Source: Acidimicrobiia bacterium
Lineage (GTDB): Bacteria; Actinomycetota; Acidimicrobiia; Spongiisociales; ZC4RG35
NCBI GenBank assembly: GCA_050741915.1
Contig: JBOGEX010000110.1
Coordinates: 20,311 to 84,310, forward strand
Reading direction: 5' to 3'
DNA length: 64,000 nt
The first letter of the stretch is position 1; every line of letters starts with the position of its first letter. Shown here piece after piece: positions 1 to 9,935 of this stretch. Both the position numbers and the translations under genes were made by a program. The notes beneath the pieces are model-generated. The model was not told the origin of the DNA. It did not search any database and saw only the letters and a program-made list of their open reading frames with translations.

Positions 1-207
1 CGCTTCTCCTCCGCGGTCGATGATCTCCGCCACGACCGCGTCGGCCGCGCTCGGGCCCTGGCCGCTGCCGTCCACCGATCCGCCGAGATCGTTCACCACC
101 ACTTTCGCCCCCCGGCGGCCGAGTTCTCGGGCATAACTTCCACCGAGTCCACCCCCCGCTCCGGTGACGACCGCCACCCGGCCTTCGAAGGTGATCTCCT
201 CGGTCAC
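1..207 (-). CDS. Short-chain dehydrogenase/reductase, N-terminal part (gene continues beyond the window start)
   Basis: Reverse translation from GTG at 207-205 gives [43 protein letters not shown]. This is a Rossmann TGxxxGxG SDR N-terminus. The start forms a GTGA overlap with the stop of the upstream gene (204-206). Confidence 0.7.
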   Translation of the reverse strand, partial: MTEEITFEGRVAVVTGAGGGLGGSYARELGRRGAKVVVNDLGGSVDGSGQGPSAADAVVAEIIDRGGEA

Positions 208-1901
208 TGCAAGGCCCGGGCCAAGAACGTCGCCATCTGATCGCGCTTGACCGCGTCGAAGGGGCAGTAGCGGGCGGGATCGGTAGCGCAGCCGGTGGTC
301 ACCCCCGCTCCCCTGATCGCCTCGACGGCCGCCGCATACCACTGGTCGGGAGTCACATCGGTAAAGGCCGTGCTCCCGGCGCCGACTGGGAGGGCGAATG
401 CCCGAGCGAGGAAAACGGCCATCTCCGCTCGGCTCACCAAGAGATTGGGTCCGTAGGTTCCGTTGCCCAGACCGGTGGTGATACCTAAGGCCGCCAGCGC
501 TTCGACGTAGGGGGCGTACCAAATACCAGCAGGAACGTCGCTGAAGGTGCCGGTGAAGCCCGTCGCCGCCGGCTGGCCGATCGCGGTCAATAGGAGCGCC
601 GCCATCTCGGCCCGGGTGACATTGTTCGCCGGGCAGAAGCGGTCGACCGTTGGGGGATTGCAACCCCGGGTGATCCCAAGGTCGGCGATGAACGCAATGT
701 TGGGCTCGTGAGGATTGCCGTTGTCATCAACAAAGCGCTCGTCCACACTGTTCCCGCTCAAGGTCAGTCGGAACCCGTCGCCGGTCCGGGCGTCGACACT
801 GAAGTTGACACTTCGTACTACAAAGGTGGAGCCGACCCCGTGGACGTGGGCGATCCCCGCCGGGTCGGCTACTGCTGGCACCTGCATTGTGCGGCGATCC
901 GCTCCCACACACTGCCCACCAAACTGGAAACCGCAAGCGGCCGGACTTTGGTCGATTCGATAAACCTCGACTCCTTCGGCCGGGAGTCCGGCGTCGGCGC
1001 CGATCCGGAGGCGAACACCGATGGTTTCGTATACCCCGGGCACCTCGGTCGGCAATACGATCAGTTGCAAGCCGGTGGTGGCGCTCAATGTGTAGGAGAA
1101 CGAACCTCCGCGGTGGAAGATGAGTTCGGTGGGATCGAGCCAACCACTCGCGTAGCGATTGACGCCGATGGTCCCGATGTCGAGTGATTCTCGATCTCCA
1201 CCGCTCATAACGTCCATGGGGTTGTCGTACTCGTAGACGATGGTGCCTTCGAAATCCACCAACCCTCCGAAAGAATGAGGCCAGAAGAGCGCATGCCCGA
1301 TCTCGTGGGCGACCGTGCGCAGGGCAGGTGCCACGCCTCCGACGGTGGCGGCCGTTGATCCCCCCACGACCGCCAACCGGGCGTTCTGGGGGTAGGTCGT
1401 AGCGCACACCGAACCCGGGAAACAGGGCACTCCTCCGGTCGCATAGCCACCGGTGTAGTCGGCGTCGACAACGATGATCGCTCCCTTGGAACCGCCGCTG
1501 CTTCCGTTCCGTACCAATGACTCACACTCGGATTGGAACCGAAAGGGCTGGTCGGGCCAGTCCGAAGGCTGCGATGCCACCACCGTTGCGGCCGCCACGA
1601 ACCGGGGCGAGTAGTCGCCGGAGGAGATGGTTTCGAAGTAAGGGCGGATCGAAGAATTGAAGAGAGTGGCAGCAGCCGCGGGAGTTACCGCCACAGTCCC
1701 GTCAGGGACGTCGCAAACCCAAACCTCCCAATTGTCGGCGCCGCTCGAGTATGTACGCGTCTCGTCCCGATAAGCGATGAGATCGATGGGATCCGACTGG
1801 TAGGGATCGGTGGTCTGGGCGACGGCTGGCAGCGCCAGCACAAGGCAGATGAAGACGGCGACGCCCAATCGAGTGTTGTTACGAGTCGATGCTCTGGGCA
1901 T
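204..1901 (-). CDS. Secreted zinc metalloprotease-like protein (HExxH) with three C-terminal SLH domains
   Basis: Taken from ORF 204..1961. I moved the start to the ATG at 1901, which is preceded by AAAGGGGGG and gives a signal-like N-terminus [30 protein letters not shown]. The protein carries an [11 protein letters not shown] motif. It has three tandem SLH-type repeats (FVDDNG...[35 protein letters not shown]...[30 protein letters not shown]...[12 protein letters not shown]). Confidence 0.8.
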   Translation of the reverse strand: MPRASTRNNTRLGVAVFICLVLALPAVAQTTDPYQSDPIDLIAYRDETRTYSSGADNWEVWVCDVPDGTVAVTPAAAATLFNSSIRPYFETISSGDYSPRFVAAATVVASQPSDWPDQPFRFQSECESLVRNGSSGGSKGAIIVVDADYTGGYATGGVPCFPGSVCATTYPQNARLAVVGGSTAATVGGVAPALRTVAHEIGHALFWPHSFGGLVDFEGTIVYEYDNPMDVMSGGDRESLDIGTIGVNRYASGWLDPTELIFHRGGSFSYTLSATTGLQLIVLPTEVPGVYETIGVRLRIGADAGLPAEGVEVYRIDQSPAACGFQFGGQCVGADRRTMQVPAVADPAGIAHVHGVGSTFVVRSVNFSVDARTGDGFRLTLSGNSVDERFVDDNGNPHEPNIAFIADLGITRGCNPPTVDRFCPANNVTRAEMAALLLTAIGQPAATGFTGTFSDVPAGIWYAPYVEALAALGITTGLGNGTYGPNLLVSRAEMAVFLARAFALPVGAGSTAFTDVTPDQWYAAAVEAIRGAGVTTGCATDPARYCPFDAVKRDQMATFLARALQ

Positions 1902-1911
1902 CGGCCCCCCT

Positions 1912-3756
1912 TTAAGAATACATCTCCTCGATGTCGCTCCGGTACTTGTCGAGGACGACATTGCGCTTCAGCTTCAGCGATGGCGTGATCTCGCCAGAGT
2001 CGGGAGACCACATGTCGGGAACGATGGTGAACTTCTTCACCTGTTCCACCCTGGCCACCTCCTGGTTGGCCGAATCCATCGCGGTTTGCAGCTCGATCCG
2101 CACTTCCGGCAGCCGGCTGAACGACGCCAGGTCGGTGAAGGTCATACCGTTCTTCGCCGCCCACAAAGGAGCTTCCTCCGGGTCGAGGGCGATAATCATC
2201 GACATGAACGGCTTGCTATCGCCGACCATGCATGCCTGCGAAACCAAAGGGTGGTTCTTCAATGCCGTTTCCAGCTTTGCCGGAGCGATGTTCTTCCCGG
2301 CAGCATTGATGATGATGTCCTTCTTCCGTCCGATGATATGGAGATATCCATCCTCGTCGAATCGTCCGAGGTCCCCGGAGTGGAGGAAACCCTGTGAGTC
2401 AAAGGTCTCCGTTGTCTCTTCGGGCATTTGGTAGTAACCGCCGGTAACGACACCTCCCCCCATCAAGATCTCGCCATCCTCTGCCAGCATGATCTCGACT
2501 CCGGGAAGCGGCCGGCCGACGCTCCCTATCCGTTCCTGCCCGGGGAGGTTGGTCGTCGCCGGCCCGGTCGACTCGCTCATGCCGTACAGTTCGAAAAGTG
2601 GAACGCCGATCCCGCGGAAGAAATAGATGAGGTCGGCGCTGATCGGGGCCGCGGCTGTGATCGCTAGTTCGAGGCCGTCCATTCCCAGACCGTGGCGAAC
2701 CTTCGAGTAGATCAAACGTTCGAAGAGGACATGCTTCAACCGATCGACGACCCCGATCGACTTACCGCTTTGGACCCGTCGCACCATCTCGGCTCCATGG
2801 ACCGCGGCGCTGCGAATCAATTTCTCGCGCTTGGGATCCTCGGCGAAGCGGGCGTCGAGCCGGTTGTGGAATTTCTCCCAGACCCGAGGCACCGCCACGA
2901 ACAAGGTCGGGCGTGCTTTCTGCACATACTCGAGAACCATGCCGATGTCGGGGCAGTACCAGACCTCGCCTGCCAGGTAGACGCCGAGGTAATGGGTCGA
3001 CATCCGCTCGGCGATGTGAGCGAGGGGAAGGTATGACACCATGCGCGGGTTGTCGCCCAAATCGGCTCCGATACGAAGACACTCAGCCGTCCACACGACA
3101 TTGCGATGGCTGATCATGACGCCTTTGGGGACGCCAGTGGTACCGGAGGTGTAGATCAGGGTGGCGAGGCCGTCGGGACGAGCGGCTCCGGCTGATCGTG
3201 CGACCAGTTCGGGGTCAGCCGCCAGTGCTTGCCTGCCCCTCTCGAGCAGGTCGTCCCATGAGAGCACCCACTCCGAGGTCTCGTAGTTCTCGGCTCCCTC
3301 CATCAGAATCACGTGCTGGAGGGCGGGGAGGTGGGAACGGATTGCCTCCCACCGTTTCATGAAACCGAGGTCCTCAAGAATCGCCACTTTCGCCCCGCAA
3401 TTGGCAGCGACGTATTTGATCTGATTCTGCGCCAGCGTCGAGTAGATGGTCACGCCCGAGGCGCCGGCGTGAATGGCGCCAAGATCGGCGATGACGTGCT
3501 CGGGGCGGTTGCCGGCCATGATGGCGACGAAGTCATCGGGCTTGATGCCGAGGGAGAGAAGACCGGCGGCGGCCTCATGGACGACGCTGCGGTATTGCTC
3601 CCAGGTCAGGTGCCGCCAGAGGTCGCCTTCCTTCCAATGAATAGCTGCCTTGTCGCCATAGGTCTCGGCGTTGCGCTCGAAAAGGGTGATCAGAGTTTTG
3701 CCTTCGACCGCGGAGTCGATGGCGGCTGCTTCGGCGGCGGTATTTCTCGGACCCAT
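1912..3756 (-). CDS. fadD: Long-chain fatty-acid--CoA ligase (AMP-dependent synthetase)
   Basis: Contains the AMP-binding signature LIYTSGTTGVPKGVMISHRN and a GDLGRFDEDGYLHIIGRKKD motif, in a 614-aa ORF. The ATG at 3756 overlaps the stop of the upstream gene (TGATG). Confidence 0.9.
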   Translation of the reverse strand: MGPRNTAAEAAAIDSAVEGKTLITLFERNAETYGDKAAIHWKEGDLWRHLTWEQYRSVVHEAAAGLLSLGIKPDDFVAIMAGNRPEHVIADLGAIHAGASGVTIYSTLAQNQIKYVAANCGAKVAILEDLGFMKRWEAIRSHLPALQHVILMEGAENYETSEWVLSWDDLLERGRQALAADPELVARSAGAARPDGLATLIYTSGTTGVPKGVMISHRNVVWTAECLRIGADLGDNPRMVSYLPLAHIAERMSTHYLGVYLAGEVWYCPDIGMVLEYVQKARPTLFVAVPRVWEKFHNRLDARFAEDPKREKLIRSAAVHGAEMVRRVQSGKSIGVVDRLKHVLFERLIYSKVRHGLGMDGLELAITAAAPISADLIYFFRGIGVPLFELYGMSESTGPATTNLPGQERIGSVGRPLPGVEIMLAEDGEILMGGGVVTGGYYQMPEETTETFDSQGFLHSGDLGRFDEDGYLHIIGRKKDIIINAAGKNIAPAKLETALKNHPLVSQACMVGDSKPFMSMIIALDPEEAPLWAAKNGMTFTDLASFSRLPEVRIELQTAMDSANQEVARVEQVKKFTIVPDMWSPDSGEITPSLKLKRNVVLDKYRSDIEEMYS

Positions 3757-4895
3757 CAATCCTCCGTGGCGGCTCGGTGCGAAAGGAGCATAACGATGGA
3801 GTCCTCGTCGTAGCCAAGTTCGGCCAGGATGGCGGGGCCTTCGGACCCGGGCCTGGTGGGTGAACGGGGTTGGTCGAGAGGCGTGCGGGAGAACCGGGGA
3901 GCCGGGGCAGCCTGGGCGATTCCTGCAACCTCGATCATGACCTCGCGACTCTTGAGATGGGGATCACTGGCCGCCTCCGACCACGTCAGTACGGGGGTCA
4001 CGCAAGAATCGGCGGAGGCAAATACCTGTTCCCAGTGGTCGCGGCTCTCTCTCGCCAGCGCGGTGCCGATGGCCTGGGCGAGGACCGGCCAGCCGTTGCG
4101 GTCGTACTGGGCGGGCAAGGCGGCCTCGTCGAGGTCGAGTCCCTTGAGCAGCTCGCTGAAAAACTGAGGCTCGAGGGCGCCGACAGCGATCTCTTTGCCA
4201 TCGGCGGTGGGGTAGGTGCGGTAGAAGGGAGCGCCCCCGTCGAGCAGGTTCGCTTCTCGTTGCTCCGTCCAGGTACCGCTGGCGATGGCGCCGTGAACCA
4301 ATGAGGCCAGGAGGGCCACCCCGTCGACCATGGCCGCATCGACGACCTGGCCTGGCGAGCCGCGGTTGACGGCGGCCAGCGCGCTCAGCACTCCCACGAG
4401 CAGCAGCATCGCCCCCCCGCCATAGTCGCCGATCAAGTTGAGAGGTGGCACGGAGCGCTCTGCCGGACCAATGGCGGCGAGGACGCCAGTGAGCGACAGG
4501 TAGTTGAGGTCGTGACCGGCGGACGAAGCCCGGAGCCCAACCTGGCCCCATCCGGTCATTCGCCCGTAGACCAGTCCGGGGTTTCTATGCAGGCAGACGT
4601 CCGGTCCGAGTCCCAACCTCTCCATCACCCCGGGGCGAAAGCCCTCGATCAGGACCTGGGCGCTGGCGATCGCTCGCAACGCCACTTCGACCCCCTCCGG
4701 CTGCTTGAGATCGAGGGCGATGCTGCGCCGGCTCCTTTTGGTGGGATCCTTCGGGAAGAACAGGTCGAGCGGCGAGGGAAGGCTCCGATCGATCCGGATG
4801 ACATCGGCACCAAGGTCGGCCAGCATCATCCCCGCCCACGGCACCGGCCCGATCCCGGCCATCTCGATAACACGTACTCCCGCCAACGGACCCAC
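3756..4895 (-). CDS. mcr: CoA-transferase family III protein (alpha-methylacyl-CoA racemase-like)
   Basis: The N-terminus GPLAGVRVIEMAGIGPVPWAGMMLADLGADVIRIDR is typical of CaiB/BaiF/Mcr proteins. The start is GTG at 4895. Confidence 0.85.
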   Translation of the reverse strand: MGPLAGVRVIEMAGIGPVPWAGMMLADLGADVIRIDRSLPSPLDLFFPKDPTKRSRRSIALDLKQPEGVEVALRAIASAQVLIEGFRPGVMERLGLGPDVCLHRNPGLVYGRMTGWGQVGLRASSAGHDLNYLSLTGVLAAIGPAERSVPPLNLIGDYGGGAMLLLVGVLSALAAVNRGSPGQVVDAAMVDGVALLASLVHGAIASGTWTEQREANLLDGGAPFYRTYPTADGKEIAVGALEPQFFSELLKGLDLDEAALPAQYDRNGWPVLAQAIGTALARESRDHWEQVFASADSCVTPVLTWSEAASDPHLKSREVMIEVAGIAQAAPAPRFSRTPLDQPRSPTRPGSEGPAILAELGYDEDSIVMLLSHRAATED

Positions 4896-4900
4896 CTTCC

Positions 4901-4952
4901 CATTCTTGCGTAACTCTCGTCACGTCTACGTGACGAGGGTTACGCAAGAATG
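4901..4952. promoter_or_regulatory. 52-bp near-perfect palindrome (operator-like) filling the mcr / SIMPL divergent gap
   Basis: Sequence: cattcttgcgtaacTctcgtcacgt-ct-acgtgacgagGgttacgcaagaatg. The arms are 25 nt with 24/25 complementary. Each outer AAGAAT ends 6 nt before a start codon (GTG 4895 on the minus strand, ATG 4958 on the plus strand). Confidence 0.75.
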
Positions 4953-4957
4953 AAGAA

Positions 4958-5563
4958 ATGAAAAAAGGCATCACTGTCAGCGCAACCGGGGAGGTGCTAG
5001 TCAAGCCCGACCAAGCGATCATCAGTCTGGCTGCCAGCGCCGTCCGGGCCGAAGCCGCTTCGGCGATGACGGAGGTCTCCCGCCGGGTCGAAGCGCTGCT
5101 GGCGGCGATGAGCGGGGCCGGAATCGACCAACGCGACGTGCAGACCACCGACCTCAGCCTTTGGCCGCAAACCGATCGCAGCGGCACCCCGATTGGATAT
5201 CGGGCCCACAACGGGGTGCGGATCTTTCTATCCGATGTTTCTCGAACCGGCGAGGTCGTCGCGTCCGGTCTGGCAGCTTTAGGCGAGGGGGCGGAAATCG
5301 GTGGGGTGAGCTTTGGACGTCGGGACGTCGACGACGCCGAAACGGAGGCTCGGGCAGTCGCCTGGCAGAAAGCAACAACCAAGGCCCGGCAACTCGGCAA
5401 TCAGGCCGGCCTCACGCTTGGGCGCCCGCTCTCGATCGAAGAATCCACTGTGTCCGGGATGCTGCGGCCGATGGCCCGCCTGATGGCCGAAGCCGTTCCG
5501 GTGGAAGCCGGCAGCACCACGGTGACCGTCACTCTCGTCGTTCGCTTCGCCCTTGTCGGGTGA
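4958..5563 (+). CDS. SIMPL/DUF541 family protein
   Basis: MKKGITVSATGEVLVKPDQAIISLAASAV...DVQTTDLSLWPQ resembles SIMPL-domain (26 kDa periplasmic immunogenic protein-like) proteins. Confidence 0.8.
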   Translation: MKKGITVSATGEVLVKPDQAIISLAASAVRAEAASAMTEVSRRVEALLAAMSGAGIDQRDVQTTDLSLWPQTDRSGTPIGYRAHNGVRIFLSDVSRTGEVVASGLAALGEGAEIGGVSFGRRDVDDAETEARAVAWQKATTKARQLGNQAGLTLGRPLSIEESTVSGMLRPMARLMAEAVPVEAGSTTVTVTLVVRFALVG

Positions 5564-7050
5564 TTACCCGTCACAGCGGAGTCCTGGCTCATGTCAGCTC
5601 GCTCCCCTCGTCCCAGGGGATCGGGACCACCGGTGAGCCCGCTCGACAGTTTGGGAAGGCACTCGCCGATGCCGGCCAACGGTATTGGCAAATGCTCCCG
5701 GTAGGACCGACTGGATATCAAGATTCGCCCTACCAGTCTCCATCCACCAACGCCGGTAATCCTCTCCTTATCGACCTCGAGGACCTCGTCGCCGAAAACT
5801 GGCTGCGACCAGGCGAAATCCGACCACTAGGAGGCCTGTACCGAGGCCGGGTCGACTTTGGAGCCCTGATTCCTCGCAAGCGACAGCTACTGATCAAGGC
5901 TGCCAAGCGTTTCCTCCGCTCCGATCCCGGTCCCGAGTACGAGAACTTTTGCCGAACCCCGTGGCTCGACGAATTCGCCACGTTCTCAGCCCTAAAGCAG
6001 TCCTTCGATGATCGGCCGTGGGTCGAGTGGCCCCGTGGTCTCGCCCTCCGCCAACCGGCGGCCTTGCAAAAGGCGAAGCAACGATTGGCAGGGCCGATCG
6101 AAGTGGAGCGAGCGATCCAGTTTTTCTTCCAGCGACAGTGGGATGCTTTGCACGACTTCACCTCGCGGCTCGGCATCGAGCTGATCGGCGATCTCCCGAT
6201 CTTCGTTGCGCACGACTCAGTGGATGTTTGGTCACGCCCCGACCTCTTTCACCTCGGCGCCGACGGACGCCCGACCCTGGTCGCCGGAGTTCCACCCGAT
6301 TACTTCTCGAGCACCGGCCAGAGGTGGGGGAACCCGCTTTACCGGTGGGATCGGCATCGGGATGAGGACTACCGGTGGTGGGCGGATCGCCTGGGGGCGG
6401 CTTTCGCTCGTTTCGGCTTGCTTCGCATCGATCATTTCCGAGGCTTCTCGGCTTACTGGGAGATTCCGGCGTCGGAGCCCACCGCCGTCAACGGCCGTTG
6501 GGTGGAGGGCCCGGGAGCCGACATCTTCAGCGAGCTTGCCTCCGACCCTCTACCGATCATCGCCGAGGACCTGGGGATCATCACTCCCGAGGTCACCGCC
6601 CTTCGTCAGCATTTCGGGTTCCCCGGAATGAGGGTCGCACAATTCGGCTTCGACGCCGAAGCCGATGCCTCGCTTCACCATCCGCACAACTATCCCCTCG
6701 ACGTCGTCGCCTATACCGGCACCCACGACAACGACACTGCCATCGGTTGGTTCTGGGGCGACAACGAACGCCACGACCGTCGGCGCCTCAACCTCAATCG
6801 CCGCCGTCTGCTGCAGACCACGAAGACGAGAGGCGATGAGATCAACTGGGAGATGATCGATCTGGTCTTCGAATCGAAGGCCTCGACGGCAATCGTCCCC
6901 GTTCAGGATTTGTTTGGACTTGGTTCGGAAGCTCGGATGAACACTCCTGGCAAAGAGGAGGGCAACTGGACGTGGAGAATGTCGGCAGCCCTTCCCGGCG
7001 GTTTGGTCGATCGATTGGCTCGTGCCACCGAGGGCAGCGATCGCACGTGA
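5560..7050 (+). CDS. malQ: 4-alpha-glucanotransferase (amylomaltase)
   Basis: RHSGVLAHVSSLPSSQGIGTTGE...WQMLPVGPTGYQDSPYQSPSTNAGNPLLIDLEDL, plus the RIDHFRGF and GTHDNDT motifs. I moved the start to an in-frame GTG at 5560, which forms a GTGA overlap with the preceding stop. The longer ORF extension from 5161 overlaps the SIMPL gene. Confidence 0.9.
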   Translation: MITRHSGVLAHVSSLPSSQGIGTTGEPARQFGKALADAGQRYWQMLPVGPTGYQDSPYQSPSTNAGNPLLIDLEDLVAENWLRPGEIRPLGGLYRGRVDFGALIPRKRQLLIKAAKRFLRSDPGPEYENFCRTPWLDEFATFSALKQSFDDRPWVEWPRGLALRQPAALQKAKQRLAGPIEVERAIQFFFQRQWDALHDFTSRLGIELIGDLPIFVAHDSVDVWSRPDLFHLGADGRPTLVAGVPPDYFSSTGQRWGNPLYRWDRHRDEDYRWWADRLGAAFARFGLLRIDHFRGFSAYWEIPASEPTAVNGRWVEGPGADIFSELASDPLPIIAEDLGIITPEVTALRQHFGFPGMRVAQFGFDAEADASLHHPHNYPLDVVAYTGTHDNDTAIGWFWGDNERHDRRRLNLNRRRLLQTTKTRGDEINWEMIDLVFESKASTAIVPVQDLFGLGSEARMNTPGKEEGNWTWRMSAALPGGLVDRLARATEGSDRT

Positions 7051-7802
7051 CCTGGGATCCATCCTGTTACGGCGCCCATGCCGATCACAGGCTCCGTCCT
7101 GGACTCGAGCTGTTGGCCCGGATTCCGATCGAGCCGACAATGATCTACGACCTCGGCTGTGGCACCGGTGAGTTGACCAACTACCTCGGTAGTCGTTGGC
7201 CGGAGGCGACCGTAGTCGGCATCGACAACTCCCAGGAGATGCTCGATCGCGCCCGACCACAAAACAACGTGACCTTCGTCCGCCAGAGCATCGAGGATTG
7301 GAAGCCGCCCGCGGCCCCCGACCTCATCTTCTCCAACGCCGCCCTCCACTGGGTCGAGGACCACGACTCCCTGTTCCCTCGTTTGTTCGGCGAACTAAAG
7401 ACCGGCGGCGCTCTCGCCGTGCAGATGCCCGACAACTGGGACGCACCGACCCACCTTTTGACCGACCAGGAAATCGATCGGCGAGGTTGGACCAAACGAT
7501 TGGACGGTCATCTGCCACGACGCCCGGTGGCGGCTATCGACCAATACATCGCCTGGTTGGCAGGGGCGAAGGACGTCGACGCCTGGCGCACGACCTATTT
7601 CCAGCCAATGTCGGGCACCGACCCGGTTCTTTCCTGGGTTCGGGGAACCGTGCTCGTCCCGATCCGGACCGCATTAGCCGAGGCCGAATTCCAAAGCCTG
7701 GAGACATCGCTCGCCGAGCAGTATCGGCTCGCCTATCCCCCTCTCCCCAATGGCATCACCATCATGCCGATGAGCCGAATCTTTCTCTTGGCGACCAAAT
7801 AG
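7047..7802 (+). CDS. tam: Trans-aconitate 2-methyltransferase-like SAM methyltransferase
   Basis: Contains the SAM motif IYDLGCGTGELT and the Tam-like stretch IFSNAALHWVEDHDSLFPRLFGELKTGGALAVQMPDN. The GTG at 7047 overlaps the malQ stop (GTGA). Confidence 0.8.
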   Translation: MTWDPSCYGAHADHRLRPGLELLARIPIEPTMIYDLGCGTGELTNYLGSRWPEATVVGIDNSQEMLDRARPQNNVTFVRQSIEDWKPPAAPDLIFSNAALHWVEDHDSLFPRLFGELKTGGALAVQMPDNWDAPTHLLTDQEIDRRGWTKRLDGHLPRRPVAAIDQYIAWLAGAKDVDAWRTTYFQPMSGTDPVLSWVRGTVLVPIRTALAEAEFQSLETSLAEQYRLAYPPLPNGITIMPMSRIFLLATK

Positions 7803-7818
7803 TTCATGGACGAAACGA

Positions 7819-8232
7819 TTAGCCGGCGATTAGTTCGACCTGAACCGAAAGAGCGGCGTACGTCGAGGCCGCTCGCAGGTCCCGTGTAGCGAGCGCCAGT
7901 CCACCGTGTCGAGCCGAAAGAGCGACTACGGCGTCATAAGTCGCCCCGCCTCCGATGCCCTGCTCTGACAGCATGAAGTGCAATCGGCGCGCCCACCTGG
8001 CCGGCACTGGGACCACGATCGGGAAGTTCATCTCGATGAGACGGCGTGCATCGTCCGGTGTGACTCGGGCATCGCCTGGGAGCCTGGTGAGGACGGAGTA
8101 CGTCTCGGCCAACGAGTGTCCGGTGAGACAGACCTCATGGTCGGAGAGATGGCCGCGCACGAGCTGATGGTGGGTGTGAGAGCGGAGCAGGTAGGCGACG
8201 GCCACACTGGTGTCGACCGCGATTCTGGTCAC
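7819..8232 (-). CDS. vapC: PIN-domain ribonuclease toxin VapC
   Basis: 137 aa. It has the acidic PIN residues (IAVDTSV, AETYS, YDAVVA, TRD). It lies immediately downstream of a small AbrB-type gene. Confidence 0.85.
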   Translation of the reverse strand: MTRIAVDTSVAVAYLLRSHTHHQLVRGHLSDHEVCLTGHSLAETYSVLTRLPGDARVTPDDARRLIEMNFPIVVPVPARWARRLHFMLSEQGIGGGATYDAVVALSARHGGLALATRDLRAASTYAALSVQVELIAG

Positions 8233-8238
8233 CGCTCG

Positions 8239-8478
8239 TCAGCGCCGTCCGGCCTCAATCAGGTCGAAAACCATCTCGTCGGTAACGACGGTCTTGGACT
8301 CGGCCACCACGATGCCGTCTTCAGTTTCCACCAGACGAGCTGTTCGTCCGCCGGGCACAATGTGGAGGCCGTCTCCATACCGACTGACATCCACGACCGA
8401 GCCGGCCGTCAGACCGAGGGCATCGCGCAGCGGCTTAGGAACCACGATTCGGCCGAGAGCATCCACCCGCGCTTTCAT
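8239..8478 (-). CDS. vapB: AbrB/SpoVT/MazE-type antitoxin VapB
   Basis: 79 aa. The N-terminus MKARVDALGRIVVPKPLRDALGL is a swapped-hairpin (SpoVT/AbrB) signature. It ends 6 nt upstream of vapC. Confidence 0.8.
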   Translation of the reverse strand: MKARVDALGRIVVPKPLRDALGLTAGSVVDVSRYGDGLHIVPGGRTARLVETEDGIVVAESKTVVTDEMVFDLIEAGRR

Positions 8479-8548
8479 GGCAACAGCCTACCACTCAGTT
8501 CCCAGTTCCCCGAGAAGGTACCTCCCGGGGCGAAGCCGTCCGGTGCCC

Positions 8549-9427
8549 CTAGGGGCGTTCGATCGGGACCCGGACTGCATTTCCGTATTCGGTCCAGGAA
8601 CCGTCGTAGTTGCGAACGGTGTCGAAGCCGAGCAGGTGAGTGAGGACGAACCAGGTGTGGGAGGAGCGCTCCCCGATCCGGCAGTAGGCGATGACGTCGT
8701 CGTGGTGATCGAGGCCAACGTCGTTGACATAAAGCTCTTGCAGATCTTCGAACGACTTGAAGGTGGCATCGTCGTTGGCTGCCTTCTTCCAGGGAACGTT
8801 GCGTGCTCCGGGGATGTGGCCCCCTCGCAGGGCGCCCTCGTTGGGATAATCGGGCATGTGGAGCCGCTCGCCGCGGAACTCCTCGGGCGAGCGAACATCG
8901 ATCAACGGCCTGCCTTCCTTCGAGTGAGGAAGAACGTCACCAAGGAAAGCGCGTATCCGGCGGTCATTCCGTTTCGGAACCGGATAGGAAAATTCGGGTC
9001 GCTGAGTCTCGTCCTCGGTTAGAGGTCGGCCTTCTTCGACCCATTTCGCCCGGCCACCATCGAGAAGCCTCGTGTCGGCGTGTCCGAAGAGCTCGAAGAC
9101 CCAGAGGGCGTACGCCGCCCACCAGTTGAAGTTATCGCCGTAGAAAACCACCGTGGTCTCAGGCGAGATGCCGTGGTTCGACATGAGGGTCGCGAAGTGC
9201 TCGTCGTCGAGGTAGTCCCTGACCAGAGGATCGTTGAGATCGGCGACCCAGTCGATCTTGATCGCCCCCGGAATGTGGCCGGTGTGATAGAGCAGGACAT
9301 CCTCATCGGACTCGACCACGACCAGATTGGAATCGTCGAGGTGCTCTGCGAGCCATTCGGTCGAAACCAAACGCTCGGGGTGAGCATAGGACTGGAACTT
9401 GGCGGCGGGATCGGCCGCAACCGGCAT
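8549..9427 (-). CDS. Thiosulfate/3-mercaptopyruvate sulfurtransferase (tandem rhodanese)
   Basis: [20 protein letters not shown]...[10 protein letters not shown]...[16 protein letters not shown] carries the active-site CRIGERS loop. I set the start at the ATG at 9427, which is preceded by GAGGAGACGAA. Confidence 0.85.
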   Translation of the reverse strand: MPVAADPAAKFQSYAHPERLVSTEWLAEHLDDSNLVVVESDEDVLLYHTGHIPGAIKIDWVADLNDPLVRDYLDDEHFATLMSNHGISPETTVVFYGDNFNWWAAYALWVFELFGHADTRLLDGGRAKWVEEGRPLTEDETQRPEFSYPVPKRNDRRIRAFLGDVLPHSKEGRPLIDVRSPEEFRGERLHMPDYPNEGALRGGHIPGARNVPWKKAANDDATFKSFEDLQELYVNDVGLDHHDDVIAYCRIGERSSHTWFVLTHLLGFDTVRNYDGSWTEYGNAVRVPIERP

Positions 9428-9506
9428 TTCGTCTCCTCGGTCCGTGGGGGCTTTAACACTATCACCGTAGTGCAAATCAAACTGGGCCGTTTCTAGAATC
9501 ACACGT

Positions 9507-9935
9507 ATGCCGCTTCCGTCCCGCCTCCGGCAGATCGTCGACGTGTTCGCGGCCTCGCCCAAACAGTTTCGCCTCGAGGCTTTGCTCGACTACTCCAAAC
9601 GGCTTCCCGACCTCCCCCCCGAAATTGCCGCCGATCGCGACCTGATGGAACAGGTGCACGAATGTCAGACTCCTTTCTTTTTCGCAGCCCGTCTCGAGGA
9701 CGGAAAGGTGCAGCTCTTTTTCGATGCCCCGCCCGAGTCACCGACCGTGCGCGGCTATGCCGGAATCCTTGCCGCCGGGCTCGACGGCGAAAGTCCCGAG
9801 GCGATTCTCGAGGTAGAAAACGACTTCTATCTGGGGATGGGACTCGAAGAAGTGATCACCCCTCAGCGGCTCCGAGGAATGGGGGCGATCGTTGCCCACC
9901 TCAAGCGACAGGTCAGCGCCCTCGCGGCGGCCTGA
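9507..9935 (+). CDS. sufE: SufE-family cysteine desulfuration protein
   Basis: [27 protein letters not shown] contains the conserved Cys loop, and [16 protein letters not shown] is also SufE-like. TAGAAT ends 7 nt upstream of the ATG, so the mRNA is probably leaderless. Confidence 0.85.
   Translation: MPLPSRLRQIVDVFAASPKQFRLEALLDYSKRLPDLPPEIAADRDLMEQVHECQTPFFFAARLEDGKVQLFFDAPPESPTVRGYAGILAAGLDGESPEAILEVENDFYLGMGLEEVITPQRLRGMGAIVAHLKRQVSALAAA

Noticed and set aside
5161-5559. N-terminal extension of the malQ ORF (629 aa from 5161)
   Set aside because: The extension overlaps the SIMPL gene in another frame and is Arg/Gly-rich. The MalQ-homologous sequence begins at the in-frame GTG at 5560, which overlaps the SIMPL stop.
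9458-9503. Short matches to H1 sub-motifs (TATCACCGT and CACACGTAT) in the rhodanese/sufE divergent region
   Set aside because: Only two 9-mers match and the CAAATYTGGCGC half-unit is absent. I cannot distinguish this from chance without a genome-wide count.
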